DNA from: Octopus vulgaris
Taxonomy: Eukaryota
Length of the DNA: 64,000 nucleotides
Reading direction: 5' to 3'
NCBI GenBank assembly: GCA_951406725.2
Contig: OX597819.1
Span: 47,368,001-47,432,000, forward strand
Position 1 is the first letter of the stretch; the number at the start of each line of letters is the position of its first letter. Shown here one piece after another: positions 1 to 11,900 of this stretch. Position numbers and translations under genes: made by a program. The notes below the pieces were generated by a model. It had not been told where the DNA came from and did no database searches. It was given only the letters and a program-made list of their open reading frames with translations.

Positions 1-180
1 CTGATTGTGTATCAGTTTTTGTAGCCTTGATTTGAGTGGATTCATACGTCATCATAATCAATTTGTCCTTATCTATAAGGAAGTAACTTTTAGTCTACTA
101 TATAGGTATTTTTGTACTGTTATCTGTGGACTTCTGTTCTCTTGGTTTGTCAGTTAAATTGCTCTCTTATTTGTTAATAT

Positions 181-1965
181 CATCATCATCGTCATTTAAC
201 GTCCGTTCTCCATGCTAGCATGGGTTGGACGGTTCGACCGGGGTTCTGGGAAGCCAGAAGGCTGCACTAGGCTCCAGTCTAATCTGGCAATGTTTCTACA
301 GCTGGATGCCCTTCCTAACGCCAACCACTCCGTGAGTGTAGTGGGTGCTTTTTACGTGCCACCTGCACAGGTGCCAGGCGGAGATGGCAACGGCCACTGT
401 CAGATTGGTGTATTTTATGTGCCACCGGCACGGAAGCCAGTCGAGGCGGTGCTGGCATCGGCCACGAGTCGGATAGTGCTTTTTACGTACCACCAGACCA
501 GGGATCCTGGCTGGTTCAATTCGATTTCGATTGCCCCAACATGTCTTCACAAGCAAAGGGGGTTGGCATGGGTGCCTGTCGTACGGTCGCATTGGAGTAT
601 TTTACGTGCCACGGCCACGAGTCGGATAGTGCTTTTTACGTACCACCAGACCAGGGATCCTGGCTGGTTCAATTCGATTTCGATTTCGCTTGCCCCAACA
701 TGTCTTCACAAGCAAAGGGGGTTGGCATGGGTGCCTGTCGTACGGTCGCATTGGAGTATTTTACGTGCCACGGCCACGAGTCGGATAGCGCTTTTTACGT
801 ACCACCAGGCCAGGGATCCTGGCTGGTTCAATTCGGTTTCGATTTCGCTTGCCCCAACATGTCTTCGCAAGCATGGGGGTCTGTCGTCGGATGAGGTTCT
901 ATATCGACTTCGCTTGCCTCAACCGGTCTTTGTGTCCAAGGGAGGAAAGGCATTCATAAGTGGGCTGGGCTCACTTGTCCTGCCTGGTCTTCTCACGTAC
1001 AGAATATTTCCAAAGGTCTCGGTCTCTGGTCATTTCCTCAGTGAGGCCTAAAGTTCGAAGGTCGTGCTTCACCACCTCGTCCCAGGTTTTCCTGGGTCTA
1101 CCTCTTCCACGGGTTCCCTCAACTGCTAGGGATTGGCACTTTCTCACACACCTATCTTCATCCATTCTCGCCACATGACCATACCAGCGCAATCGTCTCT
1201 CTTGCACACCACAACTGATGCTTCTTAGGTACAACATTTCTCTCAAGGTGCTAACGCTCTGTCGAGTATGTACACTGACATTACACATCCATCGGAGCAT
1301 ACTGGCTTCATTCCTCACGAGCTTATGCATGTCCTCAGCAGTCACGGCCCATGTTTCGCTGCCATGTAGCATGGCTGTTCGTACACACGCATCATACAGT
1401 CTGCCTTTTACTCTGAGCGAGAGGCCTTTAGTCACCAGCAGAGGTAAGAGCTCCCTAAACTTTGCCCAGGCTATTCTTATTCTAGCAGTTACACTTTCAG
1501 CACACCCACCCCCACTACTGACTTGGTCACCTAGATAACGGAAGCTATCAACTACTTCTAGTTTTTCCCCCTGGAAAGTGACGGAAGTTGTTTTCTGCAG
1601 ATTTTCGGAGGTTAATGCTCCCGAGCATCTGCCACATACAAAAACTATCTTCCCAGTTAGCCTACCTTTGACATTGCTGCACCTCTTATGTGTCCATAGC
1701 TTACACTGGGTACATCTTATAGAGTTTCTACCTACACCTTTTCTACAGATCGAGCAGGGCCATCTTCCTGAAGATATTTGTGGATTGTCTACCTTTCTAC
1801 TTATTAGTACTTTGGTTTTAGCTAGGTTGACTCTAAGGCCCCTTGATTCTAAACCCTCCTTCCACACCTGGAACTTCTCCAGTTCTGATAGTGACTCAGC
1901 AATAAGAGCAAGGTCGTCAGCGTAGAGGAGCTCCCAGGGACAGCCTGTCTTGAATTCCTCCGTAA
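181..1965 (-). mobile_element. 5'-truncated RTE-clade LINE (RT C-terminal half with PHD-like Cys finger, 3' UTR with tandem repeats, (GAT)n tail)
   Basis: Open frame from ~1963 to 971 includes LLYADDL (YADD 1913-1924), GLRVNLAKTK, CxxC..CxxCxxWxHxRC..CxxC, FRYLG, HGSETW, RLRWYGHV, RGRGRPRKTW; tail ...ggacgttaaatgacgatgatgatg. Confidence 0.93.
459..875. repeat. ~2.7 tandem copies of a 153-159 bp unit in the RTE 3' UTR
   Basis: gccacgagtcggatag recurs at 461, 614 and 773. Confidence 0.9.
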
Positions 1966-3850
1966 TATATTTTTGATATTATATATTATTGGCCTTGCCT
2001 TAGTTTATTAATTCTTAAAAATAAATACAATCACATGAAATCATACTTTGGATAATTACTTTAAATACTGACAATTTTCAGTTTGTCCAAGCTGTCTAGG
2101 ATGATGACTCAAGACGAGCTTGATAATGTGAGAAAATAATCAGATATTGAACCAAAAAATAAAATTGCCTACTTATTTAATCTTCTTCAGGAGGCCTACA
2201 TTATTTCCTATTTATTAAGAGGTTATTTTAATATAAATTTTTAGTTTTCTTTACTAATCTCATGAAGTATTTTTTTGAGAAAAGTGTTTATAGAATAACA
2301 GTATATTTGCTGACATCAACACTGAAAGAAATAGTTTAAATGCTAAGGTTGCTAAAGGGAGAGAGAGGGAGAGACTACTATGAGTAGACTTAACACAAGG
2401 ACCAGTTCTTGATTTTGACAGCTGTACATTCTAAAGGGCAATTAATATGAAGATGTGGAAAGCAACCAGATGTCATGGATGGATGAATAGTTAAAATGCT
2501 AAAAATATCTGGTTGAATTAGGACAGTTAAACAGATTGTACAAGGTGATGACATACCTAATGATTGAGAAGTATCACCAACTGTGACAAGGGCAAAAGAG
2601 ATGATCTGACAAACACTGCGATGTCAAATTGATAGTCTAAGTTATAAGAATAAGTTACACATTACAAAGAAAATTAGCTTTGATGCAGTGTAGTTTTTGA
2701 GTTTGTGTTTGAACATGGCACCGTTAATGCCCTTTTCTCTGTGACATTGCTACAATAGTTATGAGCTTAGAACCAGCTACAAGAGGACTTTGGTTATGCA
2801 ACATGCTCTGCAGTCTGGTGGTTGTTGAGAAAACTTGTAGATGAATGTATAGAGATGCTGTCAATAAGGTGAGTGTTAGCAAAGAAATCTGAGGAATTTA
2901 GTTTGCAAATGCCTTCACTAGGGTACTTTCTGTTGATCATAGTTCTTGGGTCATAATGGAGTTTCAGATTGCCAATTTGCTAAATCAAGGAATTGTAAAA
3001 GAAATTCCTAATGTGAGAGTGAAGTCTACAATTGACTGGCAATAAGTCTAACAAAGGCAAAAGCTTTAATTAGCAAGAAAGATCTGGTACGTGCCCATGC
3101 TTGATATGGAAGAAAGGTAGAAATTCTATATGGCGAATCCAGTGTAAAATAATAGATTCACTTCAACATTTAATTTGCCAAAATATTTTCATCGCTTTGA
3201 GACCGTGACCTGTTCACCGACAAAATTCCGATGCAGCACAGAATTTTGTCAGTGAACAGGTCATGGTTTCAAAGTGATGTAAATATTTTGACAAATTAGA
3301 TTCCCTTCAACATTTAAATTTAACGGTTTTTGCGTGTTTCTTAAATGGCTTATAAACACTTTCCACACTGCAGTTATTTTTGTTCCAGCACACAATCTCA
3401 GATCAGGTCACTTGCTTTGCTAGTACATCTCTGAACATTTAATATTTTATCAGTAACAGAAAAATGTAACATTTTCGAAGTGGTTTAAGCTCTTTGTTAT
3501 CCATCAGTTAGCTCGAACAAAAGATGTAACACTTTTATGCTGCCATGAATATGGCTATGTACTTGACTGGGTGGGGGTGGGGATGTGTAACAGTTATTTA
3601 CGTATGTGTATTTTCAATCTTGAGGTTTAAAAATTTGGGAGAAAAGTGCATACAGTGTGTGCGCGCGCACGCGCAACAGTATGGATGTGTGTACATATGA
3701 CACAGAGGTGTATGTGTATACATACATGTGGAAACCATGTTAAAGTAGACAATGTGGTCTCTGGGCCTGTCAGATCTTGTCAAACCATTCAACCCATGCC
3801 TGCATGGAACATGGATGTTAAATGATACACATAATGTGTATTTTAGATGT

Positions 3851-4097
3851 CCGTGCCGGTGGCACGTTAAAAGCACCAACCGATCGTGGCCGATGCCAGA
3901 TTCCCCTGGCACCTGTGCCAGTGGCACGTAAAAAGCACCCACTACACTCGCGGAGTGGTTGGCGTTAGGAAGGGCATCCAGCTGTAGAAACACTGCCAGA
4001 TCAGACTGGAGCCTGGTGCAGCCCCTGGCTTCCCAGACCCCGGTCGAACCCTTCCAACCCGTGCTAGCACGGAAAACGGACGTTAAACGATGATGAT
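3851..4097 (+). mobile_element. RTE 3'-end fragment / RTE-tailed short element
   Basis: Same ...ggcatccagctgtagaaac...ccaacccgtgctagcacggaaaacggacgttaaacgatgatgat tail as 181-460; other copies near 13490-13960, 24330-24490, 27100-27200, 32345-32700. Confidence 0.8.
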
Positions 4098-4388
4098 CCT
4101 GACCCTTTATATAATTTCTGAACCTTCAGGAATTCGAATCCAAATCACTTGCCAGTCATACTCCCATCTTAAATGACATTGTGTTGAAGTAGGCCAACAT
4201 AACACTTATAAAAAAGATAGGTTGGTCATGACTGGAATGTCTGCTTGTTCAAGATTGACTTGAAGCTAAACAATGGTAACAACACTATAAATCGTGTGTC
4301 AAAGTTGTACGAGCTTGAACTGTGTGTGATTTCTATATGAGATTTTTACTTAATAATCCAAAGCCTTAAATTTCTGTCTATTTTTCAG

Positions 4389-4504
4389 GTGGTCCTAATG
4401 GCATCATTTCACCATTCCATGATATTCCCTTATATTCAAATACAAGCAAGACTGAGTTTAATATGGTTGTTGAAATTCCACGATGGACAAACCACAAGAT
4501 GGAG
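4389..4504 (+). CDS. PPA1: PPase exon ([39 protein letters not shown])
   Basis: ttttcag acceptor, gtagg donor; SPFHDIP and VEIPRW motifs. Confidence 0.95.
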
Positions 4505-7500
4505 GTAGGTTGATTTATAGAATTTTCTTCCCTCAACTAGATTTTGTTTTAGGCATTTATCATATTTTGTCTTTTTTGAGTTATATCTGTTTCAGTCATT
4601 GGACTACAGTCGTACTTGGGTACCGACCCCAGTACTTTTCAAGTCTGGGACTTATTTTATTGGTCACTTTTATGGAACTAAGTTATGAGGATGTATACAA
4701 ACCAACACTGATTGTCAAGCAGTGATGGTGAGGGAACAAATGTAAAAACACATTTGACAGGCTTCCATGCAGTTTCCATCCACCTAATTCACTCACAAGG
4801 TATTGGTTATACTGGGACTGTAGTAGAAGGTACTTGCCCAAGGTGCCATGCAGTGGGACTGAACCTGAAATTACATGCTTTGCAAAGCAAAGCCTGTTAA
4901 CCACATGCCTGTTTATGTTTGTGAATTTTTGTTGAATTGTCATATTGGTGCCCTAGTAAAATGTACATCTAAACTATAATATTCTTGGTGTTAGAAAAGG
5001 CATCCAGTTATAAAAACCATGCCAACTATGAAATCATGATATGATGTCCATGACTCCTTGAAGTGAGTGCTAGCTCTATATAAACAGACTCTAAAAAAAA
5101 AAAACTAGGATTTCGAAGACCTGTACAACCGATGCTAGTATATAAAAGCAGGTATATAATATTGTATAAATGTCTGCTTCTCCATGCTTGTATAGGTCAG
5201 ACAGAATTCCTTGAAGCTGTTTTTCTACAGCTGTATGCTCTTTCTGTTGTCTACTTGGAACTGTTTTCGAGCAAAGTAATATTTGCTCTATGACCAGACA
5301 TCCTTCCATGGAAGATTGGAAAAAAAATTGTTACCTTCTCTTAAAAAGTTTACAAATTTAATTTTTTTTTTATAGATCTGCAAAGAGGACATGATGAATC
5401 CCATCAAACAAGATGTTAAGAATGGCAAAGTGAGATTTGTGAAGAACCTTTTCCCTCACCATGGTTATATCTGGAACTATGGAGCACTTCCACAGGTAAA
5501 TGGGAAAAAAAAACTCTTTATTTCATTACACCATTTTAAGTTTTAAAATTTCATAATGTCCTCACTCTGAACCCCACCCTCTCTCTTTTTATTAGTCTGC
5601 TTGTAATTTCTCATTGCATGAATATTGCGATTTCATTTGGTAAATACCAGTATAATGTACATATAAGGCAACAAGCTGGCAGAATTATTAGCATGCTGAG
5701 CAAAATGCTAGGCATCAGCTTACCCTTTCATCGTTTCAGGGTTGATAAAATAAGTACCAGTTGAGCACTGTGGTCGATGTAATCGACTTAACCCACCCCG
5801 AAGTTACTGACCCTGTGCTAAAATTTGAAACCAATATAATGTGCAGATAAATGTTACAGCTATTTTACTAAAACTCATTGATTACAATTGCAAATCAATG
5901 CAAACAGGGTGCAGGCATGACTGTATGATTAAGAAGTTTGTCTCACATGGTCTTGGGTTCAATCCCACTGCACAGCGCTTTGGCAAGTGTCTCCTATTAT
6001 AGCATTGGTGCAATCAGTGTTTGTGAATGGAAAGAAATGGGGAAAAAGGAGCCTGTTGTGTGTGTGTGTGTGTGTGCATAGATTTTCTTTTATTTTTTTA
6101 CTTGTCATTTGATGGTGGTAATGCACATATACCTTAAAACCCTTGTAATTTGCACACCTGTGTAATTTACGCAGGTGATTTTCAGGATAAAATTTGTTAA
6201 AGCTTCTACTCACCAATATAGCCAGGAGGAAAAGGTTTTCAATATAGTTGTATTTAGCATAATTTCTCTTATGATTAGACAACTTATGATTAAATAATTT
6301 CTGTTTAACAGGTATCACATTGAAAGCTATTAAATTACAGTGTTTGTGTTGTTTATAAACTTTACATTTCTTGTCCACGAGAGATTATGTCCGATCTTTA
6401 GCATACTGCTGTATATCTTCTTGAATCATGATCACAGGAACAGCTCCTCTCAAACCATCTAACCCGTGTCAGCATGGAAAATAGACATTAAACAATGATA
6501 TATATAGGCACAGGCTTGATTGTGGTAAGAAACTTGCTTCCCAACCACATAGTTCTGGGTTCAGTCTCGGCTGACCAAATCCTTGAGTGGATTTGGTAGA
6601 TGGAAACTGAAAGAAGCCCCTTGTATATATGTGTATATGTTTGTGTGTCTGTGTTTGTCCCTCTAGCATTGCTTGACAACCGATGCTGGTGTGTTTATGT
6701 CCCTGTAACTTAGCGGTTCGGCAAAAGACACTGATAGAATAAGTACTAGGCTTACAAAGAATAAGTATCGGGGTCGATTTGCTTGACTAAAGGCGGTGCT
6801 CCAGCATGGCCACAGTCAAATGATTGAAACAGATAGTCTAGCAACTCTCCATACAATACATGCCAACATAGAAAAAAAGATGTAAAACAATTTCATCATT
6901 ATTATGGTTTTTACATTTGCTTTTCTATGCTGGCATGGATTGAACAGGACTTTTTCAGATAGCTTTTTGCAGCTAGAGCCCTTCATGATATATCAACACT
7001 TTTAGTAATACCTTTCAGCAAGCAAGAATAGGATGTAAAAACTAGAAATATAGAAATACTCTCAAATGGTCAAATCTTTAAACTTTTGTCTACTTGTTAA
7101 AATGGGATAGGAAGAAATCAAAAAAGTAAAATAAAATTTTTCATTTTAATGTGTCCACATTTCATGTTTCGGATGGAATTTGTTGGGGTGCATTTTCTAT
7201 GGCTGGATACCCTTCCTTGTCACCAGCCCTCATTTGTTTCCTAGTAAGGTAATAGTTCCCCTTATGACCAGACATGTCTCACAAGACTGGCAATGAAGGA
7301 TACTGTTTGCACGAAGGTGACACTTGTTTTACAACTTTTGTGCTGTCAAGGCAAGGAGACAGTAGCACATGCTTGTGTGAACACAAGTTGTCTGCACTGA
7401 GACACTGGTGACATAACCCTGAACTGATCTGCCAGGTCATACAGGAAGAATGATGTTTTAGAGATGGGGAGGGGAGGAATAAAGGGGGAGAGAGATTGAG

Positions 7501-8933
7501 GGGAAAAAAACCGGGGTGGAGGGTAAAGGAAAAGAGATCAGGAGGGATAGTGATGAATCAATCACAGTACAGGTATTTCGTTTTTTAAAAACTCAAAGGC
7601 ATTGTTGACCCCCCCCCCCCCAATATTTGCACTCGATACAGAGAGCCAGAACGAAAACCAATGCCCTTGTGACTCGGTCAATTCATATGTACACTTATAT
7701 TAAAGAAGAAATGTTAAGTAGCTATTAGAAGATCCAAAGAGCTTTATTATAAGACATTCATCAATAAGCTATTTATGACTTATTATAAACTTTAGCTCAT
7801 TATTAATAATGCAGTCTTTACATATTCAATCTGCTTTGTCCCTTTCATCTATTTTATACTCTGTTCTTATTCACCTTGCAATCTCCTCATTAGTCTTTCA
7901 TAAAATATTGACCGATAAAGGATTAAACTGACTTAATTCCATTGCATTGATTCATCCCTCGTTATGCTCAACCCTTATCGATTGATTGTTCAGTATTGTG
8001 TCCTTAACTCTATTCAGAAAGAGAGCTGTTGTGTCTTTTATAAATTGGCTGTCTCTTTTCTCCAGGTTTCTTTTCTTTACGTACATGTGTAAACATGTAC
8101 TTAGTGTGTGCACTCGTGTGTGTGTGTGTGTGTGTGTATCTACACATACCTCTCTATATAAGTTTGTGAGTGTATAACAGATGCAGGTATAGCTGTGTGA
8201 TTATGAAGTTTGCTTTGCACCCATGTGTTTTTTGCTTTCAATCTCAGTGCTTGGCACCTTGGGCAAGTGTCAGCAGTTGTTGCTCCAGGCTGACCATAGC
8301 CTTTTGAGTGGATTCACTTGATGGAAACTAAAAAGGCGGCGAGCTGGCAGAATTGTTAGCACGCTGGGCGAAATGCTTGGTATTTCGTCTACTGCTACGT
8401 TCTGAATTCAAATTCCGCTGAGGTCGACTTTGCCTTTCATCCTTTTCGGGGTCGATACATTAAGTACCAGTTGCGCACTGGGGTCGATACATTTGACTTA
8501 ATCCGTTTGTCAGTCCTTGTTTGTCCCCTCTGTGTGTAGCCCCTTGTGGGCAGTAAAGAAATAGGAAACTAAAAAGTCCATTGTGCGTGGGGTTTTTTTT
8601 TTTTTTTTTAAAACTTTTTTACTTTCTCCTAATTTATCTAAGTCGTTTCATTCATCTCATTAAAGCTACTTAAACTGCAGTCTTCAAGATTCAATCCCTT
8701 GGCTTTTGAATTTATATCTGAATTTTATAGTTTACAATTAATTCAGCTTGGTTTAATGTTTCCTTCAGTTCCATTAAATCTAGTGGATTTTTTTTTTTTT
8801 GGTTTGTCAATGAAACAAAGTGAGTTATTGATTAAATCAACAATGGTCAGCCATGTCATGCATTGTTGTTGCATATAGGGAGATTTCATGAATGAATGAT
8901 TTATTTGATCTTTTGTGTTTCTATGCTTATATG

Positions 8934-8985
<52 letters not shown>

Positions 8986-11900
8986 TGTCTTGTATTTATT
9001 AATTTATGAATAGCTGCTGTCATCTGGTGTATTGTCATTATATCAGGTTTCTAACTATCCAGTTGGCTAAATATGTAGAACTAGGTGGTGGTGACAGTAG
9101 AGATAATTGTTCTTTAAACCCTGGTTTTAACTAAACAGCAGAACTGATATAAAAAACAAAAAACAAAACAAAACATCCCAGCTGTGACACCCAGCTTTTT
9201 TTTTCTCTAGATTATTGTGTGTTCATTTGACTGCTATTTATAACAGTTCAAGTGATCCTGTAGAGGTTCTTTCATTGTCTTCAGTGCTATGATCTTTGGC
9301 CTCATAAATTGCCATCAGTTTGAGAAATTATGGCAGTTCTTTGTTCATACAGCAACATTTGAAGAATTTAATTCCTGATATATTTCAGTTGTTTTGTTTT
9401 CTCTCCAAACCATGAAGATTGTAGGGGTAGTGTTTTTTTTTTTTTGTTTTTTTTATATACCTGAAGGTGAGGTAGCTCTTTCCCTGGAAAGAATACCAAC
9501 CTGTTGTAAATAATTTTTCCTGCAAGAATAACTGAATTCAACCTTGCACACTCATCAATTCTATAGTGTTGCCACTGTTGACATTAGTGAATTAGATCAT
9601 GTATGGTACTTTGTTAAATCTCTGTAATTGCAGATTTTGAGGGCTCTGTGTACATAATGCTGTAGCAGGATCTGAAACACAGCTTCTTGCCTCTCAACAT
9701 GTTCTTGCTTCTTCTCTTGTTCACTATTGACTTAATTAAAGCTTGGTGATTTAGATATATTTTAAATAAAATGCTAAAAAAAAATGCTAATCATTTCCAG
9801 CAAAGGAATCTTGTTAAATTAATTGAGCTTATTAGTATAAGCTTGTCTTGAAGATGCATAGCCTAGTGATTTGGGTGATAGGCTCACGATCATTAAGGTT
9901 GTGGGTTTGGTTCCTGGACCAAGAGACTTTGTCCAAAGCCAGGCACTCTCATTTCATGCTGCTCCTGTCTGTTTAGCTGAAAATGAATATCAGTCAAGTA
10001 CTTGTGTAATTTTCTCTTTCTGTAGCTGTTACATCCTTGATATTATGCGAGGCCAAGAGTAAGTACTCTAAGATGTTTGCCTACTTATGATGACTTGTAG
10101 CTACTATTTGGTATATGCCAGTACTAGGCCAATTAAAGTGTAGGGCAAAACACCCTGTAGTATTTGTAGTTCTTAGTTCAGATCCCATTGATGTCAACTT
10201 TGCTTTTCATCTTTCTGGGTCCAGCCAATAAAAATTAACCTTTTAGTGTTCAGATTGTCAAATTTAATGCTTGTTTATTCACATTGTTTTGAATTAATTA
10301 TGCATTGTGTCATAGCTTTGAGATTTTGATGATGTGATTGTTTGATTTGAATGACATTGTCAGGTAGATGAAAAAGACTGGACCTGATCAGTTTTAACAA
10401 AACCAATAGAATATTTGAGCCAGATATGGCCAGCTTAAATGCTAAAGGGTTAAAGTACCAGTCTAGGATAGTGGTTTGGCAGAACTGGTAGAATAGTGGA
10501 CAAAATGGATTGCAGTGTTTCTTTTAGGATTTTTTTCTTTACCTTGTGCCAGGCAGGTGTTGTGAACTTGCATGTATCTAGCAAAGCAGTGTTAGGGGAA
10601 AAAAAAAGAAAATTTAAACTGGAAAGCAAATGGAAATCATTTTATTTTTCTCACCATGGAAGTTTCACAGGTACTTAGTACTTATGAAAGAAGTCACCAG
10701 GTGCACTTTGACAACTTGATGGTGCTAAAAGAACATGGGATGGTGCTTATCTTATCAACTCCAGAGGAGTGAAAGTCCAAGACAATTCTGATAGAATTTA
10801 AACTTGGAATGCAGGGAATTATAATTATGTTGTCTTGTTAAAACATTTCCTAGTTTTATTTAAGTATACCAAATATAACACACATTGAAGGTGCATGGCT
10901 CAGTGGTTAGAGCGTCAAGCTTACGATCGTGAGGTTGTGATTTGAATCCCAGACCAGGCTGTGTGTTGTGTTCTTGAACAAGACACTTTTTCACGTTGCT
11001 CCAGTTTACTCAGCTATAGAAATGAGTTGTGATGTCACAGGTGCCAAGCTGTATCTGCCTTTTCCTTGGATAACACTGGTGGTGTGGAGAGGGGAGGCCG
11101 GTATGCATGGGCGACTGCTGGTCTTCCATAAAAACAACCTTGCCTGGACTTGTGCCTGGGAACGTAACTTTCTAGGTGCAATCCCATGGTCAGTCATGAC
11201 CGAAGGGGGTCTCAGCAACACACATTGAAATTTTATTGTTTTGATCTGTTATATGTAAAACTCTCATGAAAACGAGTTTTCACCATTGTCATTTTAACGT
11301 CCACTTCTCCATGCATGCACGAGTCAGATGGAATTTGTTGAAGATTTTTTACAATTGAGTGCCTTTCCTGTTGTCAACCCTCGCCTGTTTACAGACAAGG
11401 GGATATTTCCTCATGAGATACTTTGACAGAAGATTGGAAACTATGGACACTGCCTGTATTATGGTGACACTCATAATACTTATGCGCTGTTAGGATGAGG
11501 CACACACTTACTCTCTGTGTGTGTGACTTCTCATTTTGTGTCCTTTGCATGAAAGTGTTGAGCCAATAAAAAATGGTGGGTGACATTGATGTTAGTCAGT
11601 GAAATTATCCTGTAGCTTTATTTCTGAAGCAAAATAGAATAATAATGATAATAATAATAATAAAGAAAACCCTTCCATATAAAATAGGTAAGGATTAGTG
11701 ATAAGAAGTGCATCTGGTTGTAAAACAATTCCTCAAAAATATGTATTCATCCAACCCATGCTAGCATAACATTTGCCCCTCCCCTTCTCATACCCCTCCC
11801 TCTTTCAACCAATCACTGTGGAAGCATTACAGACGGGCTAAGTAATGGAAGAACATGCAGAATTATTATAAGATAATACATTTTGACATTTTATGTGTAA

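Noticed and set aside
340-875. Repeat-spacer pattern resembling a CRISPR array
   Set aside because: Spacers are themselves repeated, there are no cas genes, and the context is a eukaryotic LINE tail.
212-1051. 279-aa + strand ORF with repeated peptide
   Set aside because: Antisense to the RTE 3' UTR; its openness follows from 153/159-bp repeat units being multiples of 3; no recognisable domain.
1-4388. First (ATG) exon of the PPase gene
   Set aside because: No exon resembling the expected ~20-aa N-terminus was found; it probably lies upstream of the window.
10890-10965. tRNA-like sequence (also 24180-24240, 30485-30555)
   Set aside because: A/B boxes without a full acceptor stem, each followed by a repeat body; these are SINE heads, not tRNA genes.
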